Origin: Octopus sinensis
Taxonomy: Eukaryota
Assembly: GCF_006345805.1 (NCBI RefSeq)
Contig: NC_043007.1
Span: 48,360,001 to 48,424,000, forward strand
Direction of reading: 5' to 3'
DNA: 64,000 nucleotides
Shown piece after piece: positions 40,345-52,522 of the stretch. The position numbers were made by a program, and so were the translations under genes. The notes under the pieces are model-generated. The model ran no database searches and was not told where the DNA came from. It was given only the letters and a program-made list of their open reading frames with translations. Numbering within the stretch: the first letter of the stretch is position 1; each line of letters begins with the position of its first letter.

Positions 40345-41240
40345 AAGTACCAGAGTCCGTAGCAGGCGGTTTGAGATATTCGTATCGAAGTTTATTTTGT
40401 CGTGTTATTTGTTAGACGTAAGTCACTTTGTTGAATATTTATTGAAGGTCTCCCTTCGTTGGTGTACCCAAGATTATTGATTGTTATTGCTGAAATTGCT
40501 GATTATTATTATTTTTGAATTGTTGTTTTCTTTCCCCCATTGTGGAAAAATGGAGAAGGCGCCAACAGGAGGCCACTGCTATGCGGCTGCAACCGGTAAC
40601 GGAGTGAAGGTTGACGCGCTGGAAGCGCATGAAGTAAAAGTCGAACCGAAGAAAATGAAAGAAAGTGAAAAATTGCTGAAAAGGGAAGGAAATACATTGA
40701 GACTAACGCCACCGGCAGAACTAACAAGTAATATAACCAGAAGGACAGCAGTTTATAAACCGTTGAAAATAGCAAGCAAAGGGATCGAAATAGCAACAAT
40801 CGAGGATATTGAGGAATGTTTGAAGGGAATAGAGAGGTTGACAACATTCATTACCCGAGGAAGAAAGTATGGCACTGTGGAGGTGCGTTTCGCGACGGAG
40901 GATGAAGCGATTAAGCACTCCACGGAAGCCATAAGAACAGAGGAATGGGTGCTTTTGCCGTCCTACTGTGGCCAACGCGTTGCCAGAGTAAGGGTTGGCA
41001 AAGTATCGCCAGAGCTAAAAGAAACATGGCTGATGGCAGTCATTATGTACAATATAGAGGAGGAGGCCAAGATTCTCGAGGCCACAAGAACAAAAAGAGT
41101 GAACTATTGGGGATATGGCTTAGAAATGACATTCAAGCGAGTGTATATGGCGTCAATAGAATCGTGGAAGAAATAGTTCTTCCCGGGGACGTAAGACTAC
41201 GAGTTATGGTCATAGTGCCAAATAAAGAAAAGAGTCCGTA
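40345..41240 (+). mobile_element. ORF1-only element copy 1 (ATG 40550; 3'-truncated)
   Basis: MEKAPTGGHCYAAATG...RGRKYGTVEVRF...SYCGQRVARVRVGKV; LINE ORF1-like. Confidence 0.75.
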
Positions 41241-41458
41241 GCTAGCGGTTTAAGAAAAATGAACGATTATAAACAGTGTATTTAAATGTTCAAATGGTAC
41301 TGCACGCGAGTGGGGCCCATGCAACCATTTCATTTTTATTATTATATAACATCTTCATTTTCGTTCGTCTTGTGTTTTTGTCCCGACAGTGGTGTTCTGT
41401 CTGTCCTTGTGCTATCTCCTCTGTGTTATGGCCGTAGTGCCAAAATAAAGAAAGAGTA

Positions 41459-43350
41459 TGTCGTAGGCGGTGAGAGATCTTCGTATTGGAGTTAATTTTG
41501 TCGTGTTTTTGATTGCCGTTAGACGTAAGTCACCTTGTTAAATATTTGTCGAAGGTCTCCCCTCGTGGGTGTACCCAAGATTATTGATTGTTACTGTTGA
41601 AATTGCTGTTACTGTTATTGCTGAATTGTTGTCGTCCCCGTCCTCCTCCCCCCCCCCCCGTTGTGGGAAATATGGAAAAAGTGCCAGTAGGAGGCCACAG
41701 TTATGCGGCAGCAACTGGTAGAGGAATGGAGGTCGAAGCTTTGGAGGTGCGTGAAGTAAAAGTTGAACCGAAGAAGATGAAAGAATGTGAGAAACTACTG
41801 AAAAAGAAGGGAAAGACGTTGAAACTGACGCCGCCTGAGGAGCTCACAAGAGGTGTAACCAAGAGAACAGTAATTTTTAAGACACTGAAGGTATCAAGCA
41901 GGAAGATCGAAATAGCAACAATCGAGGCTATCGAGGAATGCTTGAAGGAAATCATGAAGCTGACCACGTTTATCACAAGAGGAAGAAAGTATGGCACAGT
42001 GAGGTGCGTTTCGCGACGGAGGACGGAGCGATTAAGCACTCCACGGAAGCCATAAGAACAGGAGAATGGATACTTATACCGAGGTACTGTGGCAAGCGTG
42101 TTGCCCGGGTGAGAGTTGGCAAAGTAACACACGAGAGATAAAGGAAACATGGCTGATGGCAGCCATAATGTTTAATATGTAGGAGGAGGCCAAGATAATC
42201 AAGGCAACGGGAACTAAAAGAGAATTATTGGGGATATGGCATAGAGATGGCCATACAAGCGAATTTAGAAGATCTCAACAGAATTGCAGAAGAAATAGTT
42301 CTGCCCGATGATTTAAGGCTGAGTGTGGTGGTGGAGGCTAGGCCGCCCATATGCTACGCACGTGGAGAAAATGGCCTCATGAAGGCGAGAGAACAAGAGG
42401 TGGAACAAACTGAGAAGCAGGAGAGTGCAGACCAAGTGATACACATCGAAATGATAGAGACAAGAACAGAAGAGTTCACGATAGTGAAAAAAGAAAGAGA
42501 AGTGAAAGAGTAAGCTCTCTGCCAGAGAAGCAGAAAAAGAAGAAAGAAATGGTAGAGAAAGAGGCTGTGAAGGAAGTCAGAAGGAAGGAAGATGAAATGA
42601 TGTTTGACAAAGAGATCGGAAAGGAACTTGAAGAGGAGTTCGAGGAGGAGTTGCAGAAGGAGGAGACAGCAGTAAAGACATCGGTTAAACCAGTGGAGGA
42701 AAAGGATTTAGGATGAGGATGAAATGGGGAGATTATTCAGAGTCAAGGAGGAAAAAAAAGTCCCAGGAGTAGATCAGAAAGGGGAAAACAAGTAAGAAAA
42801 GCGAAATAATATTGATGGAATTTAGTGACACATGCTAAAAATAAAGAAACTGAACGGAAAATAATGAAATTTAAGTCCATTATAAGGGTAAAGCTGCCCG
42901 CAGATGTGTATTCGAAAAAGTGAAGGTCATTGTGGTCGACAAGAAGAGGTATAACAAGCTGAAAGGTATATGTGGAAGAGGAATTGATCCACCAGGAGTA
43001 ACGGTGGAATTTAATGAATTGCCACCAGTGGTAGAACTGAAAGATCTTGAACCTTTTATGAAATACTAAAAAAGAAAAAAGTAAGTAAAATTGTTTTTAT
43101 TTAAAAAAAAAAGGAAACGATGATAAGGAAAAAAAAACAAAGGTAAAATGAACGATTATAAACAGTGCATTTAAACATTCAAATAGTACTGCATGGAAGT
43201 GAGGCCCATGCAGCCATTTCATTTTCATTATTATATAACATCTTCACTTTCATCTGTTTTGTGTTTTTTGTCCCCACTGTGGTGTTCTGTCTGACCTTGT
43301 GGTTTGCCTTTTGTGTTATGGCCGTAGTGCCGAAATAAAGAAAGAGTACG
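41459..43350 (+). mobile_element. ORF1-only element copy 2 (ATG 41672, stop ~43068, ~280 bp 3'UTR, no ORF2)
   Basis: Paralogous to copy 1; includes RPPICYA(C>R)GENG zinc-knuckle remnant and an E/K-rich region; 3' block 43148-43350 repeated at 41259-41458. Confidence 0.75.
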
Positions 43351-43399
43351 TAGTAGGCGGTCAGAGAGATAGTCGTGTCTTTACTGGTTTTACTAAGTA

Positions 43400-43830
43400 T
43401 ACTGTACATCGAAGTGGGCGTTATAACAATCCAACATAGTAAGGATTATAACAAGATGATAACATTAGTGATCCCAATGATATTGACGCAAGGGATTTGA
43501 ACAAACGCAATCCCCAACATATTATCTCTGACTGACCTTTTACTGCCTCAGACATCATAGTAGCAATAAATGAAATCGCGTATTATTCTGCAGCAGGCCC
43601 CGATAGCTTCCCCGCTTGTGTCCTGGAAGAATGTAGACACCAACTTACAACCTCTCTAACCAACCTCTGAAGAAATTCTTTAGACTCAGGCTATATACCG
43701 AAACAGTTTATATCCCGGTTATCATAAAAAGAAAGAGGTCTCTTGTAGTTAACTATTTCCCAATCTCACTCATCTCCCATATCATCAAAATGTTTGAAAG
43801 GGTGGTGAGATCAAAGATAACCGGCGTTCT
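43400..43830 (+). mobile_element. CR1-like LINE RT N-terminal fragment (likely continuation of 38640-40300)
   Basis: SAAGPDSFPACVL, FPISLISHIIKMFERVVR. Confidence 0.75.
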
Positions 43831-44174
43831 AGAGAGGGGTCTTTCCTGTTTGGCTGTCACTTTCCAATTTCTTCAATTTTTGTTCCAATTGATTTTATAT
43901 TTGGTGTATTGGTGTAGTTTGTATGGTAATCATTGACACGAAATTCATTTTCGCCACAAACCCATAAATAAAGAGTTAAAAGCATTTAAATTTGCAAATT
44001 TTGGGTAATTTTGGCCAATCAAAAGCCACAGACATATAGGTGCCTGTTTCTATTACTAACAAGATAAACTGTTACCAAGCTGCTTACCCACGTGGTCATT
44101 TTTCGCTTATTAAATGCGTGAAACACATGCTTTATGAGGTGGTCATGAGATATCTCTTTTGTTTCTCTTTTACT

Positions 44175-44338
44175 TATTTACATTTGACTGCGGCCATGCT
44201 GAAGCACCGCCTTTAGTCGAACAAATCGACCCCAGGACTTATTCTTTGTAAGCCTAGTACTTATTCTATCGGTCTCTGGGACGTTAACACACCAGCATCG
44301 GTTGTCAAGCGATGTTGGGGGGGACAAACACAGTCATA

Positions 44339-44340
<2 letters not shown>
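44175..44340 (-). mobile_element. CORE-like SINE family A 3' fragment
   Basis: Homologous to 3645-3820. Confidence 0.75.
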
Positions 44341-44406
<66 letters not shown>

Positions 44407-44865
44407 ATAAAACAATACTGGGAGGATAAGAAACGGAACGAAGCGAAGAATCGAACGAACCCGACGCGAAGCGCTGTCAGACAATAGTGTAATAAATAAA
44501 ATATATGCATACATACAAACATATATGTACGTACCTACATCTACATGTATATATACATGCATATATAAATATATATGCGTAAGTACAGGACACCACAAAA
44601 AGACGTAGAACTCGACTGAAACGAAAACGGAAAAGCCATTTTTTTACAACAGAAAGACAGAGTCGTGGAACAGGACGAGAACGAAAACGGGAAAAACATT
44701 ATTTACAACAGAAAAACAAGGTACAGGACAAGCTACACAAGGAAAATCCCCAATCATCAGCTGTCGCTAGTAGACTTAGCGTGTTTCGAAGGCAAGACAG
44801 GACACGACTCGTCAATACTAAGCCTTCCTGCGAGAGAATTAAAATAAAATAACCTCGCAGAGGGA

Positions 44866-44901
<36 letters not shown>

Positions 44902-44924
44902 TGTATGTATGTATGTATGTATGT

Positions 44925-45104
44925 ATACAGGCTTCTTTCAGTTTCTGCCTACCAAATCCACTCACAAGGCTTTGGTCTATAGTAGAAGACACTTACCCAA
45001 GTGAATGAACCTTGGGCAAATGTCTTCTACTATAGCCTCGGGCCGACCAAAGCCTTGTGAGTGGATTTGGTAGACGGAAACTGAAAGAAGCCCGTCGTAT
45101 ATGC

Positions 45105-45190
<86 letters not shown>

Positions 45191-45410
45191 TTGTGTGTCT
45201 GTGTTTGTCCCCACCAACATCGCTTGAGAACCGATGCTGATGTGTTTACGTCCCCGTAACTTAGCGGTTCGGCAAAAGGACTGATAGAATAAGTACTAGG
45301 CTTCCAAAGAATAAGTCCTGGGGTCAATTTGCTCGATTAAAGGCGGTGCTCCAGCATGGCCGCAGTCAAATGACTAAAACAAGTAATAGAGTAAAAGAGT
45401 AAACTTTAAA
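44925..45410 (+). mobile_element. CORE-like SINE family A copy with inverted duplicated 5' segment
   Basis: 45010-45410 is a sense copy from the CORE block to the tail; 44925-45001 is an antisense copy of the same block. Confidence 0.75.
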
Positions 45411-45499
45411 ATTTCCACAGGTGCAGCCAAATAGAGAAGATCCCTGGAGGGTCACAACTTCTAAATTCCAACCAGCATAGCTTTCGCTACTGTCTGATA

Positions 45500-45800
45500 C
45501 AGCTCTTACATCACGTCGACTATGTCCTTAAAGCTTTGGAATCAGGTTCGAACTCTGATGTCATATATCTTCAGAGTCGACTATAATATCCTCTTGTCAA
45601 AATCATCGAATATTGGAATCCCTGGAAAACTGCTACACTGGATTAAGTATTTATGTGAAAAGAACACAAAATGTTGCGATCGGTGGAATCCAGTCAAGCC
45701 CAGCTAAAGTCACCAGTCGTATTCCTCAAGGACTGTTTTAGGCCCGCTTCTCTTTATAGTCGATATCGACGAAAATATTCACACATGACTCCAAGCTCCA
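45500..45800 (+). mobile_element. CR1-like RT fragment
   Basis: Degenerate IGIPGKLLHWI and PQG.VLGPLLFIVDID. Confidence 0.7.
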
Positions 45801-46806
45801 GAAAATTATCAATGGAGAAGACCAAACTGAACAAAAACGAACATGTGATTAAGTGTAACTCATACACTTTAGAAAAGAGCGCACAGTAACTAAATCCAAA
45901 TTGACATTTTAGATTGTAATTCAAATCCAACGAGCTGACCACATGGATACAAACAATTAAAAAGAAATCTCCATTACCTCTTTCCTTCCTTCCTTCTTTC
46001 CTTCCATTCTCTTCCTTTTCTTTCTCTCTCTCTCTCTCTTTGTTTTTTTCTTTTCTTTTCTCTTTCTTTTTTGCTCTTTTTGTCATTCTTATTTTCTCCT
46101 TTTCTTTAAAAAACAAAATTGACACCTTGAAATGACATTGGGATCAATCACCTGTAAAACTATTGATCATAGACTATCCTCAAATGTAACAATAAAAACC
46201 ATCAAGCAGAAAAAAATACAACCCTTTATCTCTTCCTTCCTTCCTTCTTTTCTTTCTTTCTTTTTTCTGCTTCCTCTTCTCTTTCTCTCTTTCGTTCCTG
46301 TCCTTTCTTTCTTCTTCTCTTTCTTTCTCTCCTTTCTTCTTTTCGCTTCACTCTTTTTTTTCTTTTTCCTTATAGGGGTTCACCACACACATATACTTGC
46401 ACATGCATACATGCACGTACATAAATGCACACACGCACATACATATACACACGCATAGAAATTACAACAAAGAAACCACCTCTTCAAGATTTGTGTAAAA
46501 GGCAAAGAAATTTTCTATAAAAACTCATATCTGAGAAGTCTCGCTGAATGAGACGACAGCGCCAAGAATTAACCAAACTTCTGACAGCATCCTTTCCTTA
46601 ATATTTAAAATCTATACACAAAAGATACATATATCCTCTGTGCGCGAGCGTGTGTGTGTGTGTGTGCGTGTGTGTGCACGCGCGTGCATGTATGTGTGTG
46701 TGTGTGTGTATATTATATATATATATATATATGTATGTGTACGTATATGTGTGTGGGTGGGTGTATGTATTTATGTATGTATGTATGTATGTATGTGTGT
46801 GTGTGC

Positions 46807-46855
<49 letters not shown>

Positions 46856-47069
46856 GCAAATATGTGTTTGTGCGTGTGCATGTGTATTTTTTCGAACGGT
46901 AAAACTCGAAGTGGATAAAGCTATACCTAACTCTTTCTACTAAAGGCACAAAGCTTGAAATTTGTGGGGATGGGGAAGGTCTAGTCGATTACAAGGAACT
47001 CAGTCCCCAACTGGTACTTGTTTCATCGACACCCAAAATAATAGCATGTAAACCCGGAGGAGTTTCGGA

Positions 47070-47480
47070 TCAGCTCGCTTTTCTGTTTTGACGAATTGAG
47101 AGTGACAAAGAAACAAGGAGGTCGTCGTAGGATGTGCTAGAAACAACAACCAAATTTCCCTTAAATCAAACACCTTTTCTTTTGAAAATATTTTCAAATT
47201 TTCTCTTTTATTTTTTTTTATTTTATTTTATTCTATTTATTTATCATTTTTGTTTTGAAAAGGCTTCTCATATGGTTTTTAAGTTCGTAGTGCTAAACAA
47301 AACAAAAATGGTCAAAATTGGTCCGAAAGGATGACGATGGGGCTAGGGATGGGAGCGTGAAAAAACATACAATTTCAAAAATGTTTTTTCCTAAGCGGAT
47401 GCCCTCTTTCATTTCCAAAGATATGGTGAAAAACAAAACTGGGAAAATGCCCATCAAAATCCAACTTATGCAGGCGTCCT
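47070..47480. mobile_element. MITE-like element related to the ends of 6375-8045
   Basis: ttttctgttttgacg near the left end and caaaactgggaaaat..aaatccaacttatgc near the right end match the termini of the 6375-8045 element. Confidence 0.5.
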
Positions 47481-47779
47481 GTTCCGAAACTTCACGGTAA
47501 ACTCTTTTGGATAGAAACAGTTGAAGGTTGCTATAAACATAACAATCTCAACAATACATACATACACATATGTATGTATATGCATATGTGTGTACATACA
47601 TACATACATACATACATACATACATACATACATACATACATACATACATACATACATACATACATGCATGCATGCATGCATGTGTATTAGTGAGCGGTGG
47701 CAAATTTCAGCAATAATCCGGATGATACAGAGTTGTTCCCCTTGTATTAAGACTTGCGAAGTTTGTTCGACTTAGCTTC

Positions 47780-49495
47780 CTTGCTAAAAATCTATTTTAA
47801 GGAGTGGAAAGGCATCTGTTAAAATGGAGCTCCTTTTTTTTTTTTTTTTTGAAGAAATCATCCTCACAACTGAATCCAGTTTTGTCATAGCTACATATGT
47901 GTTTGTATATATATGTGTGTGTACACTATATCACCCTCCTGATGCCTCAAATCATGATGGAAAATTTGAAGAAATCTTCAGTGCGATAAAAGAAGTACTA
48001 ACACAATTGCATCAACGTACTACTATATATTTCGCACACAGAGTGAAATCAAGCAGAATCTCTACTTGATCTTACGAAAATGCTATTCACGGAGCAGGTC
48101 ATATTCTCTCCAACCAGGTACAAAAATATCCTGGAACTCTGTTTTACAAACAATGTGGGAATTATCCACAACGTAAAAATATATCACTGACAACATTCTC
48201 AGACCATAGCATGATAGAACTGACAATGTATGACCCTGAATTAACTAAAGATAAACTCCGCACAGATGGCGCTCAGACCCTATCCAGCTTAAATTTCTAT
48301 AAGGCTGACTGGAAGTCACTTGAAAAATAGATACTCCAGCAAGACTGGCCTAAAAGCCTCTCTATGCAAGACACAGTTGTGAAACTCAATAAAATCATGT
48401 CAGTAATGGGAGCTATATGCAATGTCTCAGAGAAGAGAGCCAGTACACACAAAAACATCATTCCCCGAGACAGGAAGAATATTCATGCAACAGAGAATAA
48501 AGATCTCAAATCGTTTTAATAAACACCTCAATAATAGTGTGAAATCCCACCTGACAGAGGAACTCTTCGAGAAAGAAAATAAACTCAAACTCACCCATGA
48601 AAGAGAAAGAGAAACCTGGGCAGTCGAAAGCGTAATAGGAAATCCTAAAGCCTTCTACACATTGGCAAAGGAGTCTCCCCCAGTATGTTATAAGATAGGG
48701 CCGCTATTTGGTAAAAACAGCTCACTAACTGCAGACCCGGGGAAGATAAATAAACAATTCCGAAATATTTTCACTTCTCCACTGGAAAATACGTAAATAA
48801 ACAAGCCTGAGGAGTTTTTCAATGTAACGAATCTATTTGGAAAAGAGGTAGCCATCGATTACATCAACATAACAGAAGAAGATGTAATATCGGCCACTGA
48901 TAAGAGATCAAACTCAGCTGTTCTCTTAAAGACATGTGAAAAGGCTCTTGTAAGGCCACTGCAGATACTTTTTCAGAGTTTCCTTGCATGTGGTAAACTT
49001 CCCAACATGCTAAAAGAGGGTATAAAATACCCTGTCCATAAAGGAGGGAGCAGAACAGATGCTAAAAACTACAGGCCCTTCTCTCTGACAAGACAATGGA
49101 ACGCATTGTCAGAAAAAGGCTGATCACGTTCCTAGAAGAAAACAACCTTCTCACAAATACGCAACATGACTTCCGTCCAGGGAGGAGCTGCCTAACACAG
49201 TTGCTGTACCTTTGACTAGGTACTGAAGCAATAGCTAAACCAGTTAGCTGTAAATGTGATATACCTTGACTTTGTCAGGGCCTTCAACAAGTTGATCATG
49301 ACATGATATGTCACAAGCTGCAAAACCTTGATATTACTGGGAAACTGAGAGAGTGGTTGCATGACTTTCTGAAGGGCAAGAACCAGACAGTTGTAGCCAA
49401 TGGTGCTTGCTCTGAAGAGACATCAATTTCAGTGGAGTCTCACAGGGAACTGTACTGGGGCCACTACTATTTGTGGTAGCCCTCTCAGACATGTC
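47780..49495 (+). mobile_element. CR1-like LINE fragment (APE to RT)
   Basis: CTLYHPPDAS, SDHSMIEL, NFYKADW, KNYRPFSL, FRPGRSCLTQL, GVSQGTVLGPLLF. Confidence 0.85.
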
Positions 49496-49496
49496 T

Positions 49497-49897
49497 TATA
49501 TCTCCTTCAAACACTCTTCCAATACTTCTACCGTCGCTATTTCAATTTTTTCCATTGCCGTGGACAGCGTTTTGTATACTACTGTCCACTTGGTTACATT
49601 CGCTGTCAATTCTTGCAGTGGGGTCAACCTCAGGCTGGTACCTTCCTTCTCAATAAGCTTGTTGAACTGCTTCAACTTCTTTTCTTCCATTTTCACCTCT
49701 CTAACCTGTAGTACGTTTGCAGATAAGCTTCTTCCAGTTACTGCTGCATAGCTGCTAGCAAGAACTGGTTCGTTTTCCATCTTTTCTTTTCTCACCACTT
49801 CACCCATAAATGGGGAAGAAAACAAATGTAACAGGCAAAATAACAGTAATGAACAATTCAATATTTCAACAATTAGGTTCACCCTTACGGGAGACCT
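49497..49897 (-). mobile_element. ORF1-only/Tx1-type ORF1 5' fragment (third copy)
   Basis: SSYAAVTGR..VREVKMEEKKLKQF..LRLTPLQELT..IEIATVEVLEECLK; shares the leader gaaggtctccc with the 40345 and 41459 copies. Confidence 0.8.
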
Positions 49898-49904
49898 TCA
49901 ACAC

Positions 49905-50830
49905 TTGTTCTCAAACTCCATAATTGTTCTTCTAGTAGCTAAAACAACATTAATTTCATTCATATTAATATAGGAGTTATTTTTCGCGAATAAACGAGCT
50001 TTATTTAAAACAACTTGGTTAATTGGAAAGTAATAGCTGTCAATATCTATTTATTCCTACTTTTAAACTTAATTCTATCAAACCAATCTATTACCTCATA
50101 GGTATTAGATCAGAGCTGTAATCTAATTTTTTGTTTAAGAACTGATATATACTTATCCAAAATAGTTTTCCTAAGTTTACCCAGGTCCAATTTACCTGGG
50201 CAAAGCAATCTTACTTTAGAGTTATTATAAAAATTTTCTGTGTGATCCTTTAAAATAATCCTCGGTCTTTTAGGAATAAAAAGTTCAGTTCTATCATCCA
50301 ATTTGTAATTTTCCATAATTTGTTTAGACATTAAGTTAGTAGTTCTTAACATACTTTTTTTTTAGAGATTTTATAACTTTTTTGTAATTTCTTTTTCCAA
50401 AAGTTCATGGTAGTAATGTATATCTGGATTGCACCAGTTTCCAGTCTTATCAAAGTGAACAATTATTCCATTTTTACTAAGCTCTGATACAATACATATT
50501 AGTTCATCAGGTATTCATTTCCCCTATGGGGATATCATTTAAATTTAACATATCTAATAATTTTCCATAATTCCTCTTCAAAACTGGCAAGGTGACTATT
50601 TGGTCACGGATATCTTTTGGTCTTAAAAATTCTATTTATACATTATTCTTTATCTTCAGTTTTGTTACTTGTTAGTGTATCGAATTTCTTGTCAAAATGG
50701 TATGCTTTCCATCCAAGTCTATGGATGAATTCTGTTGTTTTTCGAATTAGGTCTTTAGTGTATTCCTTTTTGGGTGGAATTGGAATATCTTTCATAGAAA
50801 ATCCTCTTCAATTTTCTCCATATTACTGAT
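49905..50830 (-). mobile_element. Penelope-like element (Naiad-type) 5' fragment, N-terminus to RT start
   Basis: FSMKDIPIPPKKEY..FIHRLGWKAY, ILKDHTENF..VRLLCPGKLDLGKL..ILDK, NTYEVIDWF. Confidence 0.8.
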
Positions 50831-51674
50831 AGAAACTAATATAAATCCACTTTAATTGTAGCAAGGTCCTATAATCCTTTAACAGATGCTAGCATCCTAG
50901 TTCTCCAGTTTATACCAGTGTTTAGTGTAAACTAAATATATTAAATTAATCTAATTTAATTTAATTTCTGTAATTGAACTAAATGGATATGGAAAAGGCT
51001 GTAGGACTGGAATTTCATTATATAGATTTGAATATCTTTAAATAAACTAATGTCTGCATGTCAATTTCTCCAATTCCTTCTTTTTCTCGTTCATAAATAT
51101 TTTAGATACCTATATATATCAAGGCAAAACTAATATATTTAGTTTTCACTGAACACTAGTATAAACCGGAGAACTAGGATGCTAGCATCCCTTAAAGGAT
51201 TATAGGTCCTTGATACAATTATATATATGCATATATATAGAAAGAGAGAGAGAGAATATTTACATAGTTGATCTCTTTCGCTTTTGCTAATCATGACTAA
51301 GAAATTAGTGTGTTAATATTACAATTCCAAGAAGTTTTTCAATCTGTTAACAGGAGGAAAGTTATTTTATAAATGTATCTAGGGGTCAATAAATTTTAGA
51401 GGAGGTAATTACCCCATTTTTCTTTTTTCTTTTTTTTTTCAAAGTGCATACCTCTAACTAATAAGTTTTAGCTATAAGTATATGGAACCTATTAGTACGA
51501 TGGTACCTATAACCATAACCACAGAAGAGAGAGGCTTTAATAAACTAAATCTTATTTACAGGCATCCATAACACAAGACATTAAATTGAAGGAAATTTTT
51601 ATCAACTAAGAAAACAATATTATGAAAAATATAAAGTGTTGTACATACAAAAAAGTAATATTTTGAATGCAGTC

Positions 51675-51769
51675 TAGCCATGAAAGCAGCAGAAAGATTG
51701 GGCATTTTACCCTTATATGTCGGAAATATAAGGGTAAAATAACCAATCTTTCTCCTGTTTTCATGGCTA
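51675..51769. repeat. Imperfect hairpin, ~44 bp arms with 7 nt loop
   Basis: tagccatgaaagcagcagaaagattgggcattttacccttatat-gtcggaa-atataagggtaaaataaccaatctttctcctgttttcatggcta. Confidence 0.85.
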
Positions 51770-52335
51770 TACTAACGTTTCTGCCAGCTCACTGCCAGAT
51801 CCAGTCTTGTTGCACACTGTGTCATTCTAATCCTACATTAAGGTTCCAAGTCTCTGTGGACTACACAGCCATTTTTTACTTTAAGTCAGTGATTAGGCCT
51901 TTCAGTTAAACTGGATGCTCATATGATGAAGTCAGAATTTAAAATGCAAAATTAAAACGTTATATAAACTTTACATAAATTTGAAATTTTAAACTCTACA
52001 CAAATTTAACAAAAATGAAATTTAACTAATATAATGATATTTTGTACTTACGTAATATGTTTAGTGAATGAGTCATTATTTTCTTGGTTCTGTTAGAATT
52101 ATGTAGATTCGTCCATGCAAACCGGTGACCGGTAAATTCCACCACGGAAAATTCCAACAGGTGACCGTAGGTAAATTCCACCACGATATATTCCACCATG
52201 GTAAATTTCCCCATAGGTGAAATTATCATTATTATTACTCAACAAACATTAAACGTGCTTTACCAGAAAACTACCAGATGTATACCATACAATTTATTAA
52301 CTAATAATGAATGTGTGTGTAATTAGTATGTATGC

Positions 52336-52379
<44 letters not shown>

Positions 52380-52522
52380 GATGGGCTTCTTTCAGTTTCT
52401 GTCTGCCAAATCCAATCATAAGGCTTTGTTCAATAAAAGTCACTATCCCAAGGTACCACACAATGGGACTGAACCCAGAACCATGTGGTTGGCAAGCAAA
52501 GATTTTAACCACACAGCCACAC
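52380..52522 (-). mobile_element. CORE-like SINE family A 5' part
   Basis: Homologous to 3905-4057. Confidence 0.75.

Noticed and set aside
44730-44860. Minus-strand GAAAC and CTGATGA motifs with a GAAGGC/GCCTTC stem
   Set aside because: Motif order and stem I pairing do not give a complete hammerhead; at best a decayed remnant.
51673-51900. Apparent exon pair with a TACTAAC branch point
   Set aside because: The branch point/acceptor is the reverse complement of a SINE-B head, and the upstream 'exon' is a hairpin arm.
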